From positions 57,631 to 121,630 of the forward strand of contig CAYGDO010000003.1 in NCBI GenBank assembly GCA_964348785.1: a stretch of 64,000 nt of DNA, in the 5' to 3' direction. The first letter of the stretch is position 1, and each line of letters starts with the position of its first letter. This stretch comes from an uncultured Candidatus Saccharibacteria bacterium. GTDB lineage: Bacteria; Patescibacteriota; Minisyncoccia; Phycocordibacterales; 2-02-FULL-43-11. A program made the translations under genes and the position numbers. The notes beneath the pieces were generated by a model. That model saw only the letters and a program-made list of their open reading frames with translations. It made no database searches and had not been told where the DNA came from. Positions 47,515-57,431 of the stretch are shown in pieces.

Positions 47515-47519
47515 CCAAT

Positions 47520-47780
47520 CTATCTTATATCTTTTATCTTCTCTTTCTCTGGTAATGTTTCATTAACACAAGAAATGAACTCGTTTTTCCTGACAAAAAT
47601 TTCTGTTTTATACAAACCCCCTACCTTTAAAACCACCTTATCTCCCGAAAAAGAAATGTCTTTATCGTCTAATTTTAGAGAAAAAATTTTATCTAAACAA
47701 ACTTTTACTAATTGTTTTTTTTGTTTACGATTATTATCTAAAAAAGTGAACTTGGATAATAAATCAGAAATATTATTCAT
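47520..47780 (-). CDS. DUF721/DciA-like small protein downstream of dnaN
   Basis: 86 aa, basic. Positional equivalent of DciA/DUF721 in the dnaA-dnaN-(recF/dciA) neighbourhood. Confidence 0.35.
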   Translation of the reverse strand: MNNISDLLSKFTFLDNNRKQKKQLVKVCLDKIFSLKLDDKDISFSGDKVVLKVGGLYKTEIFVRKNEFISCVNETLPEKEKIKDIR

Positions 47781-47783
47781 ATT

Positions 47784-48887
47784 TTAACGATTCATAGGCA
47801 TAACAACATACCTAAATGAATGATCGGACACCCCCCTTAAAAGGGCCGGCTTTGCATCACCTGAAAAAGATAAAGAGATGCTGTCTGATTTTATAAAATT
47901 TAGACAATCAATAACATATTTATGATTGAAACTAATCTCCATTTCATCACCAGAAATAGCTGCGTCTAAATTTACACAGCCTTCACCAATTTCATTACTT
48001 TTGGATTTTATAGAAACTACTTTTCCTTGGGGCAAAATGGAAAAAACAGTTTGATTAAACTTATCAGAAAAAGCAACAGAGGCTTTTAATGCTCTCAAAA
48101 GATCTTCCTTTAAAATTATCACCTCTGTTTTAAATTCTTTAGGAATAATTTGTTTATAATCTGGGAAACTTCCATCAACGGTCCTAGAAATTAATACCAC
48201 GCCTCCGACCTCTATCATTATCTGGCCCTTAGAAAATGATGTCTTAATTTCATCATTTTTAAATTCATCAGCAATTTTAGCTATTTCTATTGCATTTTTT
48301 ACTGGTACGATTGTTTGAGAAATTTGTTCTCCCAAATTTAAACGCACACTCTTTTCAGCCAATCTAAAAGAATCCGTAGAGACAAAAAATAAATTCTTTT
48401 CCTGAGAAAATAAAACTACACTGGAAAGTTCTGGTTTTATCTGAGATAGAGAAGCACTGTAACAAACAGACTTTATACCGTCCGATAAAGATGATGCTTC
48501 TATTTTAAAATGTGTCTCACCAATCGGTTTTGACATTTTAGGAAAATCATCAGTATTGAAACCCTTAACAGTGGCCTTACCAGACTTACTTTTTACCACA
48601 AGATTACCCTCTATAAATTCCAAATTAACAGTGCTCTCTTTACCTACCGAACTTAAAAAACCTAAAAGAGCTTCAGCGCTTACGGCCACAATTCCATTTT
48701 TATCCGTTTTGCAATTCAAAGTTACCTCTATAAAAACATCAAGATTAGTAGCTCTAATTAAAAGTTTTCCAGAATCAGCTTCTAAAACAACATTAGACAA
48801 AACAGGTAAAGTTAAATTTTTACTACAAGCTCTATTAGCTAGTGCCACTCCCCAACTTAATTTTTCTTTTGAACATTCAATCTTCAT
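47784..48887 (-). CDS. dnaN: DNA polymerase III beta sliding clamp
   Basis: Three-domain ~367-aa protein with the DnaN N-terminus MKIECSKEKLSWGVALANRA…, immediately downstream of dnaA. Confidence 0.85.
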   Translation of the reverse strand: MKIECSKEKLSWGVALANRACSKNLTLPVLSNVVLEADSGKLLIRATNLDVFIEVTLNCKTDKNGIVAVSAEALLGFLSSVGKESTVNLEFIEGNLVVKSKSGKATVKGFNTDDFPKMSKPIGETHFKIEASSLSDGIKSVCYSASLSQIKPELSSVVLFSQEKNLFFVSTDSFRLAEKSVRLNLGEQISQTIVPVKNAIEIAKIADEFKNDEIKTSFSKGQIMIEVGGVVLISRTVDGSFPDYKQIIPKEFKTEVIILKEDLLRALKASVAFSDKFNQTVFSILPQGKVVSIKSKSNEIGEGCVNLDAAISGDEMEISFNHKYVIDCLNFIKSDSISLSFSGDAKPALLRGVSDHSFRYVVMPMNR

Positions 48888-49097
48888 ATGTATTTATTAT
48901 TTTAATTAAATTTATGATTATGATAATAGTCCTGTGTATATGTTGATAAGTTTTTTAACCTTTATTTATTAACGCTATTTTTTGGAAAATTAAGTTTTTG
49001 CTTTGGGGATTAAATTTTTTATTTGTTAATGATTTTTGTTTTGTGTAAAAGTTATCCCGTTTTTATTATTTTTTTCCACAAGCAATCAACAGGTTTT
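48888..49097. promoter_or_regulatory. AT-rich dnaA-dnaN intergenic region, a candidate oriC/DUE with DnaA-box-like 9-mers (TTTTCCACA at 49072-49080; TTATCCCGT at 49052-49060)
   Basis: Seen in sequence; the boxes differ by 1-2 mismatches from TTATCCACA. A second candidate lies upstream of dnaA at 50457-50556 (TGTTGATAA). Confidence 0.35.
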
Positions 49098-50456
49098 TTA
49101 CAGCATAGCTCTTATTTGGGCGATATCTTGTTCCATTACCTGGTTGTTTTTTACCTGTTCTTTTATTTTTTCATAAGAGTGGATTACTGTGGTGTGATCT
49201 CGTCCTCCCAACTTCTCGCCTATTAGAGGAAACGATACTCCACAGTCTTCTCTTAAAATATACATAGCAATTTGTCTTGGTAACACAACCTCTTTCCTTC
49301 TAGTTTTTTCATAGACCGAAGATTCTTCTATGTTGTAATAGGTGGCTATAGCTTTTACTACTTCTTTTGCTGAAGCGGATTTTTTAGGTTTTATGTTTAG
49401 TTTTAGAAGGTTTTTTATTTCTGATAAATTCAAATCTCTTCCTTTTATTTGCATTTGGCACAAAATTGAATTCAACACCCCTTCTATTTCTCTTATATTG
49501 CCCTCTATTGTGCTCGCCAAGAAGTTTACGTTGTCTTCTGATAGATTACCCCCCAATCGGCCTACTTTAGCCCTTATAATGGCCAAACGAGACTCGTGGT
49601 CTGGTGGTGGAATATCCACAATCATACCAGCGGCGAATCTTGATTTTAGTCTGTCTTCTAGACCGGGGATAAAATTGGGATGCTTGTCAGAGGAAAAAAC
49701 TATTTGTCTCCCTGCGTCGTACAAGGTGTTGAAAAGATGAAACAGCTCTTCCTGGGTTTTTTCTTTACTAGAGAGAAATTGGATGTCATCCATTATGATG
49801 ACATCATATTTTCTGTATTTTTCTTTAAAAGATGAAATTTTATTTGCTTGCACTGCGTTCATGTAGTCTAAATAGAATCTTTCTGATGTAAGGTAGAAAA
49901 CTTTTTTGCCATCTTTCCTGTCTTTGATGCTATTACCTACCGCTTGAATCAGGTGAGTTTTTCCATGACCAGTATTTCCGTATACGAAAAGTGGATTATA
50001 GACCGATCCTAAATTTTTAATTACTGCTTGGGCGGCAGTGTGGGCAAGTTCATTAAATGGACCAACAACAAATGTGTCAAAGATATATCTTGGATTTAAA
50101 TTGCTTTCCTGATCAACATAATGTTCTCCAAGTGGTAAAGATTGATTTATGTTTGCTGATAGAGGTTTTTTTTGCTCAAGAACTTTCTTCTGGTCAATTT
50201 TAGCAATGGTGTAATCTAAACCTCTAATGTGTTCTGAAGCGTTTCTTAGTATTTTTAATATATTTTTATGATATTTATTTGCTATCCAATCCCTCACGAA
50301 CGCGTTTTGAACAGAGATATAAACAATACCGTCGTCAACCTTTGATATCTCGGTGTCTTTAAACCAAGTACTAAAGTTTGCTTTAGAAATTTCTATTTCT
50401 ATTTCAGCGAGAACTTTTTGCCACAAGGATTTATTATCTATTTCTAAAGTTATCAT
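49098..50456 (-). CDS. dnaA: Chromosomal replication initiator DnaA
   Basis: AAA+ Walker A GNTGHGKTHL, Walker B IIMDDIQFL, sensor II, and C-terminal DNA-binding domain IV (…GGRDHTTVIHSYEKI…). Confidence 0.9.
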   Translation of the reverse strand: MITLEIDNKSLWQKVLAEIEIEISKANFSTWFKDTEISKVDDGIVYISVQNAFVRDWIANKYHKNILKILRNASEHIRGLDYTIAKIDQKKVLEQKKPLSANINQSLPLGEHYVDQESNLNPRYIFDTFVVGPFNELAHTAAQAVIKNLGSVYNPLFVYGNTGHGKTHLIQAVGNSIKDRKDGKKVFYLTSERFYLDYMNAVQANKISSFKEKYRKYDVIIMDDIQFLSSKEKTQEELFHLFNTLYDAGRQIVFSSDKHPNFIPGLEDRLKSRFAAGMIVDIPPPDHESRLAIIRAKVGRLGGNLSEDNVNFLASTIEGNIREIEGVLNSILCQMQIKGRDLNLSEIKNLLKLNIKPKKSASAKEVVKAIATYYNIEESSVYEKTRRKEVVLPRQIAMYILREDCGVSFPLIGEKLGGRDHTTVIHSYEKIKEQVKNNQVMEQDIAQIRAML

Positions 50457-50556
50457 TGGGGCTATTATATCTTGAAGAAGACTTTGTGAAACTTGAGTAA
50501 AAGCATATAATATGTTAGTAATTTGTTATTAAGTTGTTGATAACTTTTAAAATAAT

Positions 50557-50691
50557 ATGTCATTTACTTACAAACCAAAAAAAAGAAAGAGAGCAAAGTC
50601 CCATGGTTTTTTAGTCAGAAAGAGAACCGCTGGTGGCAAACGCATTGTAAAGAGAAGAAGAAATAAGGGCAGAAAACGTTTAACTGTTTAA
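50557..50691 (+). CDS. rpmH: 50S ribosomal protein L34
   Basis: [44 protein letters not shown], 44 aa. Not in the ORF track because it is under 60 aa. Confidence 0.85.
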   Translation: MSFTYKPKKRKRAKSHGFLVRKRTAGGKRIVKRRRNKGRKRLTV

Positions 50692-50696
50692 GTTTA

Positions 50697-51044
50697 ATGT
50701 TACCTAAAAAGAACAGATTGTCTTCAATAGACTTCCCTGTTTTGTTGAAGTCTGGAAAAAAGGTCTCTAATAAAGACTTTTTTGCTCGTTATGCTTTTGA
50801 TAAAGGGGCGATTAAAAGTTACAAGGTTTCTTTTGTCACCAGCGCTAAATTATCTAAAAAGGCGGTAGTAAGAAATAGAATAAGAAGGAGGTTGTATACC
50901 TCATTGAGACGTATTGCCCCGTTTTTTTTAAAAGGGCTTAATGGTGTTTATATGTCTATTACTCCCAAAGCTGATTGTTCCTTATATAACTCGGACTATA
51001 TAGACAATTCTTTAAAAAATCTATTTTCTCTTGTAAAGTTTTGA
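50697..51044 (+). CDS. rnpA: RNase P protein component
   Basis: Basic 115-aa protein …KKNRLSS…FVTSAKLSKKAVVRNRIRRRL… (RNR motif), following rpmH. Confidence 0.8.
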   Translation: MLPKKNRLSSIDFPVLLKSGKKVSNKDFFARYAFDKGAIKSYKVSFVTSAKLSKKAVVRNRIRRRLYTSLRRIAPFFLKGLNGVYMSITPKADCSLYNSDYIDNSLKNLFSLVKF

Positions 51045-51074
51045 AAAAGTCAGTTTTTAATCTAGAATAGACCA

Positions 51075-51824
51075 ATGATAGGTTTTTTCCACGATACTTT
51101 ATATCAACCGCTTTATAATGCTTTGGTATTTTTGATAGACGTTTTGCCTGGCGCTGATGTCGGTTTGGCAGTTTTAGTGCTTACGATTGTGGTTAAATTA
51201 ATCCTTTTACCTCTTTCTGAAAAGGCCACAGCCACCCAATTAGCAGTGAAAAGATATGAAAAAGACATAGAAGACATAAAGTTAAAATTTAAAAATGATA
51301 AAGAAGGCCAAGCGCAGGCTATCCTAAAATTTTACAGGGAACACAACATAAATCCATTTTCTGGTTTTTTGGTTTTATTTATACAACTACCGATAGTCAT
51401 TTCTCTTTATTACGTTTTTTATAAAGGTGGTTTGCCAATTATTAACACTGATTTATTGTATTCGTTCGTTGAAGCCCCTAAGGTGGTGGACATGCATTTT
51501 TTGGGTATTTGGGATATGGCTTCTAAGAGTATCTTATTGGCTTTTATTGTTGGTATTACTCAATTTTGGCAGATGAAACTATCTTTCCCCCCTCTTCCCC
51601 CAAGGGACAAGAATCAAAAGGAGGTTTCAATGAAGGAGGAGTTGTCTAGATCAATGAATTTGCAGATGAGATATGTTATGCCGGTCATTACTGGTGTAAT
51701 TGCTTACAGTATATCTGGGGCAGTTGCACTTTATTGGACTACGAGTAATATCTTTGCCATAGCTCAGGAGCTTTACTTAAGAAGAAAGTTTAAACCTATA
51801 AGAGAGGCAGATAGTAAAAAATAA
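51075..51824 (+). CDS. yidC: Membrane protein insertase YidC (short form)
   Basis: 5-TM core with the conserved motifs …GCLPILIQLPIVISLY… and …NLQMRYVMPV…; third gene of rpmH-rnpA-yidC. Confidence 0.75.
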   Translation: MIGFFHDTLYQPLYNALVFLIDVLPGADVGLAVLVLTIVVKLILLPLSEKATATQLAVKRYEKDIEDIKLKFKNDKEGQAQAILKFYREHNINPFSGFLVLFIQLPIVISLYYVFYKGGLPIINTDLLYSFVEAPKVVDMHFLGIWDMASKSILLAFIVGITQFWQMKLSFPPLPPRDKNQKEVSMKEELSRSMNLQMRYVMPVITGVIAYSISGAVALYWTTSNIFAIAQELYLRRKFKPIREADSKK

Positions 51825-51828
51825 AATT

Positions 51829-52317
51829 ATGTCTGAAGTTGATCTACAAAGAATCAAAGAAATAATAGAAAACACATTGAAGGCAATGGGTGTAAGTTTT
51901 GATTCAGTTGACGTTAGTGAAAATGCTACCACTTCTTCTCCTAAATTTACTATAAAAACTAAAGAATCAGCCATGCTTATTGGTATTAAGGGAGCAAATT
52001 TGTTTGCTTTTAATCACTTGGTAAAAAAAATTGTCTCTAAAGGTAAGGAGGAGGACGAAGATCAAACAAAGTTTTTTATAGATGTTAACGATTATCATGA
52101 GAGGGTGGAATATGAACTTAGAAATAAGGCTAGAATTATGGCTGATAGGGCCAGATCTTTTAAAACAAATATAGAGCTAGAGCCGATGTCTTCTTATGAA
52201 AGAATGGTGGTGCACTCATTTTTGCAAGAAATGCCTGATATAAAAACAGAGTCCATTGGTTTTGGAAAAGATCGAAGGGTTGTAATTAAGTTTGTTGAGA
52301 ATCTTGAGAATAAATAG
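51829..52317 (+). CDS. jag: Jag/KhpB-like RNA-binding protein (KH and R3H domains)
   Basis: C-terminal R3H (…LEPMSSYERMVVHSFLQEMPDIKTESIGFGKDRRVVIK). Confidence 0.7.
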   Translation: MSEVDLQRIKEIIENTLKAMGVSFDSVDVSENATTSSPKFTIKTKESAMLIGIKGANLFAFNHLVKKIVSKGKEEDEDQTKFFIDVNDYHERVEYELRNKARIMADRARSFKTNIELEPMSSYERMVVHSFLQEMPDIKTESIGFGKDRRVVIKFVENLENK

Positions 52318-52323
52318 AAGTTT

Positions 52324-52366
52324 AAAAATCCCCTCCGACGTAACCCGTCGGAGGGGATTTTTATTG
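52324..52366. terminator. Strong bidirectional terminator between jag and the T4SS-like block
   Basis: aaaaaTCCCCTCCGACGtaacCCGTCGGAGGGGAttttt. Confidence 0.65.
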
Positions 52367-52401
52367 CTTTTAAGAGTTTATTTGATCTCTAGCTGATATA
52401 T

Positions 52402-53652
52402 TTATTCAACAATTTGGAGTGTGTAAAGTTTTAAGTTATTTTTATTCAAAAAAGTTAAAAATTTCTCATTTGAGCTCAAAGACATTTTATAGGCATCAAC
52501 ATCTTCTCCGGCATCGTTACTTAAATTGGTTAAAAATACAGTTTCTCCAGTTGATATATTTGTCTTCCACATCTCATCCTTAAATGATTTAGTTCCTAAA
52601 TACCAATCTTCTGGGTAATCCCCCGTTGGTATGGTTTCTGGTACAGCGCAAAATAGTGTAGTTTTTTCAATTTGAGACCATACACATTTTTCTGGTAAGG
52701 TATTAAATCTAAATGGAAAAGATTGGTTTGTTTCTATGTTTAATATATAGCTATCAAAACTATTTTTATTAGATTCAGAATGCAATACTCGTTTTAGATC
52801 AGAGCTATAAAGAGTGGTTAATCCTTTTTTATCAGATAGGACTAATTTTTCTTCCCCAGTTTTTAAGTTTACAGTTTGTGATAGACCATCAATGTCTTTA
52901 GCCGGTTTAGAAGAAATTATTAAGTAATTTTGTTCTGGCCAATCTATTAACCAATCATTTAGAGGTGAGCTGAAAATTTCTAATTTTTGTTGCAGAGAAA
53001 GATTGCTGGTAATTATAGAGCTTCCAATTTCGCTTTGGTTTATATATGCAATTTGAGAATTGTTTGGAGAAAATATTACGTCCCCTACCGTTGCGTTGAG
53101 AAACTGAGTTTGTAATTCACCATTACCTCCTGTTTTGTCTTTTACACTACCCAAAAAGGTTTGCACTTTTTCTTGGTCTCTTAGGTATTGTCCTACTAGC
53201 TGATCGCCGTTTTTTGTCCAGTAAGCATTATATATTTGAGGTATTGTATTGGTCGTTAACCTTTGAGGCCTTATGTTTTTAGCTTCTGTTTCGTAAGCAT
53301 TACCCTTTGCTCTTTCAATAAATCTAGTGTAATCCTTACCTTCTTTGTTAAATGTGACTCCTCCTGATGTTGGTGTTTCCGAGACTAAACGAAGTTGCGG
53401 TTTAAATGCTCCCCCAGTATTGTTGCCATTATTATTACCATTGTCACCCGCTGTCCCGCCGGTTGTGCCGTTATTGTTGTTATTGTTGCCTTGGTTACCA
53501 TTGTTATTATCAATATCTCCAGAAATTGGCAGATTTGGATCTGTATTTATATTTGTTCCTCTAAAAAACAAAAAATAAGCAAGTACACCAAGTCCGATTA
53601 AGACAAAAATGATGATTATGGGAATTATTTTTTTTAGTTTATCGTTTTGCAT
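52402..53652 (-). CDS. Membrane-anchored extracellular protein with an N/G-rich low-complexity linker and a beta-propeller-like (TolB/WD40-like) body; last gene of the T4SS-like block
   Basis: N-terminal TM helix, then …NNNGNQGNNNNNNGTTGGTAGDNGNNNGNNTGG, then repetitive beta-strand-rich segments. Confidence 0.35.
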   Translation of the reverse strand: MQNDKLKKIIPIIIIFVLIGLGVLAYFLFFRGTNINTDPNLPISGDIDNNNGNQGNNNNNNGTTGGTAGDNGNNNGNNTGGAFKPQLRLVSETPTSGGVTFNKEGKDYTRFIERAKGNAYETEAKNIRPQRLTTNTIPQIYNAYWTKNGDQLVGQYLRDQEKVQTFLGSVKDKTGGNGELQTQFLNATVGDVIFSPNNSQIAYINQSEIGSSIITSNLSLQQKLEIFSSPLNDWLIDWPEQNYLIISSKPAKDIDGLSQTVNLKTGEEKLVLSDKKGLTTLYSSDLKRVLHSESNKNSFDSYILNIETNQSFPFRFNTLPEKCVWSQIEKTTLFCAVPETIPTGDYPEDWYLGTKSFKDEMWKTNISTGETVFLTNLSNDAGEDVDAYKMSLSSNEKFLTFLNKNNLKLYTLQIVE

Positions 53653-53655
53653 TTT

Positions 53656-54840
53656 TTATGGACTACAATGAACTCTGGCTGGGTTAGGTATGTAAGTTAT
53701 TATTGGAGCTTGATACATGCCAGTACCTGGACTGGTCTGATAAGTTGTTGCGGGCACTTGGACACATATGGCCGTTTTTGCTGCATCAGCGGCCGCCCTC
53801 ATTTCCGCCTCTCTATTTCTCACTTGTTCTGCTGGTAAATTTAATCTGTTTATTGTTGCCATTCTGTCTCTATATTCATTTTCTACAGCATCAAGAGCGT
53901 TTTTCACATCGTTGGGGTTTGTTGGGCGTATTCTTCCGTCAGCTACTTGAATTTTAAAATTTTCTGGTTTTTGGGCCATATCTATTTTAAATCCTTCTTT
54001 GCTTGATTCGGCTTGGGCAAGATTTCTTATTTCTGTAGCTTGTCGGTCTAGACTGGCTAAAGCATTTTCAATATTATTTTCTCCTGTTTTGGCTAGTATT
54101 TCTTGCTCTACAGCAGGGAGTCTTTCAAGTGCCGCTCGGATTTCTTCATCAGTCTTTCCGGCGAAGTATGTATCTCTTAGGGTTTGTAGTCTGGTAACTT
54201 CTTCTTCGGTCATTCCGGTTGTACCTTGAGCATTTATTATTCTTTGAATTTCACGCATATCTCTATAACTGTTTGCTTTTTGCTGGAGAGCGTTAGCTTC
54301 GGCGCGCATTTCTCCAGTTGTTTGTCTTAATCTGTCTAAAGCAGCGAGGCTTCTATTTACAGCCCGGTCAAAATCTCTTTGAGCGGTCCTAGACATCATC
54401 ATTAATTCAGTAAGATCGGTACTTTTGAGGGATTCATTGACCACTTTTAAATCAACTAGTTGCGGGTTTATGGTATTTAAAATTATATATGAAGCAAAAA
54501 TAATCAATAATCCGCCAAGCGCCATTTTGATGGTGTGTTTTCCTTCTTCTTTATTTGATATGGCGTCAGTTGAAACATAACTGAATCCACCCATTACAAT
54601 TTGAAGAACAGCTAAAACGGCCGCTGAGGCCACTATTAATTTATAGAGATTATTTATATAAACAGCCAAGTTGTTGCTTCCTGTTTTGGTGATGCATTGC
54701 CCAGTTGCTCCTACTGTGCATGTCCCCGGTAATGGTGCCAACTCTACGTAGTCTAAAGCTAATGTTGTGGTCATAATGCCAAAAAATAAACAAATAGGTA
54801 TTAGTATCAAAATTATTTTTTTGGCTAATGCTTTTTTCAT
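53656..54840 (-). CDS. Secreted/membrane protein whose N-terminus has a VirB2/TrbC-pilin-like hydrophobic hairpin, followed by a long coiled-coil
   Basis: Signal peptide, two hydrophobic helices (LIVASAAVLAVLQIVMGGF and MALGGLLIIFASYIILN), then an ~250-aa heptad-rich region. Confidence 0.3.
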   Translation of the reverse strand: MKKALAKKIILILIPICLFFGIMTTTLALDYVELAPLPGTCTVGATGQCITKTGSNNLAVYINNLYKLIVASAAVLAVLQIVMGGFSYVSTDAISNKEEGKHTIKMALGGLLIIFASYIILNTINPQLVDLKVVNESLKSTDLTELMMMSRTAQRDFDRAVNRSLAALDRLRQTTGEMRAEANALQQKANSYRDMREIQRIINAQGTTGMTEEEVTRLQTLRDTYFAGKTDEEIRAALERLPAVEQEILAKTGENNIENALASLDRQATEIRNLAQAESSKEGFKIDMAQKPENFKIQVADGRIRPTNPNDVKNALDAVENEYRDRMATINRLNLPAEQVRNREAEMRAAADAAKTAICVQVPATTYQTSPGTGMYQAPIITYIPNPARVHCSP

Positions 54841-55847
54841 TATCTTGAAAGGGTGTTAAGTTTTATAAAAATAATTTTTAATGAATTATTTGCTGACTGA
54901 AAATAGTCAAGGTCATTTGAAAGTTGTAACGATAAATTTGCTTGGCCATTTTTACCACTAGTGTTTCTTAAAATTATAGCACTATCAGAATTTTCAATAC
55001 TTTTATCGGATAAGACCCATTTATACTTTAGAGTAGATAAATTTTTGTTATTTACACCAAAAAATACTGGCATAGCTGATATCACGGCCTCTTCTTTATC
55101 AAATGTAAAACTTCCTTCAAGGGCTTTGTTTGTTAATAGACCATATTCTGGATCTTCTTCATAAAACACAACTTTTGATTCTATTGGCTCTATTGAGACC
55201 GTTTTACTAGCGAACGCCCCATTATCCGGGTAGCTAGCTTCTACAGTGATTTCTATAGTTTTTGGAAGGTCGTTGTCTGATTTGTAAGCAATATTGTTTT
55301 TTCCATAACCTGATAAATTATTTAAATATTGATTACCATCTTTCCATTTAAATATTATTTTACTATCCGGCACCTTTTTTCCAGAAGCATCAAGAATGTT
55401 TGGTATCGCAACTAGTTTTAAAGATCCTTGAAAAGGCAATCTTGGTTTACCTTTGTAAAATGGTGGTGTATAGGAATTAGCCTCATAGAGTATGTCCACT
55501 TTTGCTGGAGAAAATATAATTCTTTTTGAAAAAATTTGACCATTTTTTTGTCCAATGACCTCTAAGGTATTTTTTGACCCCAACTTGCCAGATTTGAAAG
55601 AGTATATTCTTAACCCTTTACCACTTTGGACATTTTCTCCGTTTAAAATCCAAGATAATTCAAGTGTATTTATGTCTACTCCGTAAGCGTTTAAAGTGGC
55701 CACGACTTGTTCTTCTGGTCCTGGATTATCAGGTGTTATGGTAAGTTCGACGCCATCTAAGCCAGTAAATTGAGCATTAACTGTATGAGTCAAGAAAAAC
55801 AACAGAAAAAAAATAACATAGGAGATATTGAAAAACTTTCTAAACAT
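54840..55847 (-). CDS. Secreted beta-rich protein (hypothetical)
   Basis: Signal peptide MFRKFFNISYVIFFLLFFLTHTVNA. Confidence 0.35.
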   Translation of the reverse strand: MFRKFFNISYVIFFLLFFLTHTVNAQFTGLDGVELTITPDNPGPEEQVVATLNAYGVDINTLELSWILNGENVQSGKGLRIYSFKSGKLGSKNTLEVIGQKNGQIFSKRIIFSPAKVDILYEANSYTPPFYKGKPRLPFQGSLKLVAIPNILDASGKKVPDSKIIFKWKDGNQYLNNLSGYGKNNIAYKSDNDLPKTIEITVEASYPDNGAFASKTVSIEPIESKVVFYEEDPEYGLLTNKALEGSFTFDKEEAVISAMPVFFGVNNKNLSTLKYKWVLSDKSIENSDSAIILRNTSGKNGQANLSLQLSNDLDYFQSANNSLKIIFIKLNTLSR

Positions 55848-55888
55848 AGATAAATTTTAACATATTTTTTAAAAGTCACTTAGCATAC

Positions 55889-57145
55889 TTATGCTTTTTT
55901 GCTTGCTATTTTTTGTATAGCTTCATTTGCCTTTTCTCCTGCTCCTGGAATTTTAGAGATTACTTTTGATCCATCGGTTATAAGCCATGCATAGGCAATA
56001 TCAAAAGACCAAGCAGGCATTATGCCTAAGGATACGAAATCTACTAAAAATCCAAGAGCTAAGCTAATGGCTAGTTTTCTGTTCATCATCTTATTAAACC
56101 AAAAGAAACTAAATAGTATTAGACCGATTAAGACATCAGCAAGCATATTAACCGCTAGGGCTATTACAGTGACACCAAGAGCATCTTGTACAAAATCAAT
56201 TATTACAGCTCCGGCGCCTAGTAATATCCAGGTCGTAACATTTAATTTTTTCGGTGTTTTATTTTGGGATAAAACCTTTTGAATATTTTTTAGGTTTTGG
56301 CCCAAACTGTTTTTTTGAGTATTTACAGGTGGTTCCCCGTTGGTGTCACCCGATTCATTTTTTTGGTCGCCTGTGGGTTTACCCTCTTCCCCTTTTAGTT
56401 TCGGAGGTAAATTTGAATTTTTAGTATTAGGAGTTTCAGCGGTATCGTAAGATTCACCGTTTTTCCCTTGAACAGTATCGTTTAGTTTCGGAGGCTGATT
56501 GGCCTCGCTGAAACTATTATTTGGTTTTTGTTCGCGATCTCCTTTGCTTTGTGGAGATTCTTCTGTGTCAAACGATTCACCGTTTGGTCCTTGTACGGAA
56601 TCATCTAATTTTGGAGGCTGATTGATTGTGCCGAAACTACTATTTTGTTTTTGTTCTTCATCGAAAGTTTGCTGTGTGTTATTTCGATTTTCTTCTTTAT
56701 TTTCTTTTTGTGTTGAGATACCACCCCCTCCTTTATTTTCATCATTTCCTGTTTCCTCTCTATAAGGATCTTTTTTTTTGTTATTGTTACCATTCGGAGT
56801 TATATATTTTGGAGCTTCTTTTTTTTCGTTACCATTATTCAAATTGTTTTTTTCTTGAGGTTGAAGATTGGAGTCTTGTCCTTTTTTGTCTTGATTTAAT
56901 CCTTTTAGTCTTGTGTTTACTATCTGTTCTGCCAATTGATCGGCTGATAAATTTATGTTTAAACCAGAATAAAAATTCATAGTTTCATCTATGATTCTTG
57001 ACATGTCAGCGTCCCATTTTTTACTGATTTGCTCTAGTTTCGGATTAATTAACTCTGCCCTTTTGGTTACTGATTTTAGTATTTTCTCTTTCATGGCCTG
57101 TTGATTTTTTGCCGGAGAAAGATTTGTTTTTTCTGCCATTTTCAA
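55889..57145 (-). CDS. Protein with a long N/Q/K-rich low-complexity region containing internal ~35-aa repeats and a C-terminal 3-TM membrane anchor (possibly VirB2/VirB3-like)
   Basis: Repeats …NSSFGTINQPPKLDDSVQGPNGESFDTEESP… occur twice. C-terminal TM helices LLGAGAVIIDFV…, VIALAVNMLADVLIGLILF, LAISLALGFLVDFVSLGI. Confidence 0.35.
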   Translation of the reverse strand: MKMAEKTNLSPAKNQQAMKEKILKSVTKRAELINPKLEQISKKWDADMSRIIDETMNFYSGLNINLSADQLAEQIVNTRLKGLNQDKKGQDSNLQPQEKNNLNNGNEKKEAPKYITPNGNNNKKKDPYREETGNDENKGGGGISTQKENKEENRNNTQQTFDEEQKQNSSFGTINQPPKLDDSVQGPNGESFDTEESPQSKGDREQKPNNSFSEANQPPKLNDTVQGKNGESYDTAETPNTKNSNLPPKLKGEEGKPTGDQKNESGDTNGEPPVNTQKNSLGQNLKNIQKVLSQNKTPKKLNVTTWILLGAGAVIIDFVQDALGVTVIALAVNMLADVLIGLILFSFFWFNKMMNRKLAISLALGFLVDFVSLGIMPAWSFDIAYAWLITDGSKVISKIPGAGEKANEAIQKIASKKA

Positions 57146-57431
57146 ATTATAACTCTTATTTGGATAAAATAAGAGTTATAAGATTTTTATTACGACGAGT
57201 GAGCCCGCCTGCCGGCGAGGCAGGGAGCGGGTGGAAAATTCTTACCTGTCTGCGTGTTACGCACGAGCAGATTTTACACAGCGTTCAAGCGAAGTTGTAT
57301 AAAAAGGTTTAATGCCTCCCCTCTTTGGAGCGGGAAAGTGCTAGCTTGTGAGTTTAATATGGGTGTGGCGCTTGCCCTTCGGTCAATGCCCTTTATTTAG
57401 ATAAATTAAGAGTTGAAAAGGCTTCAAAAAT

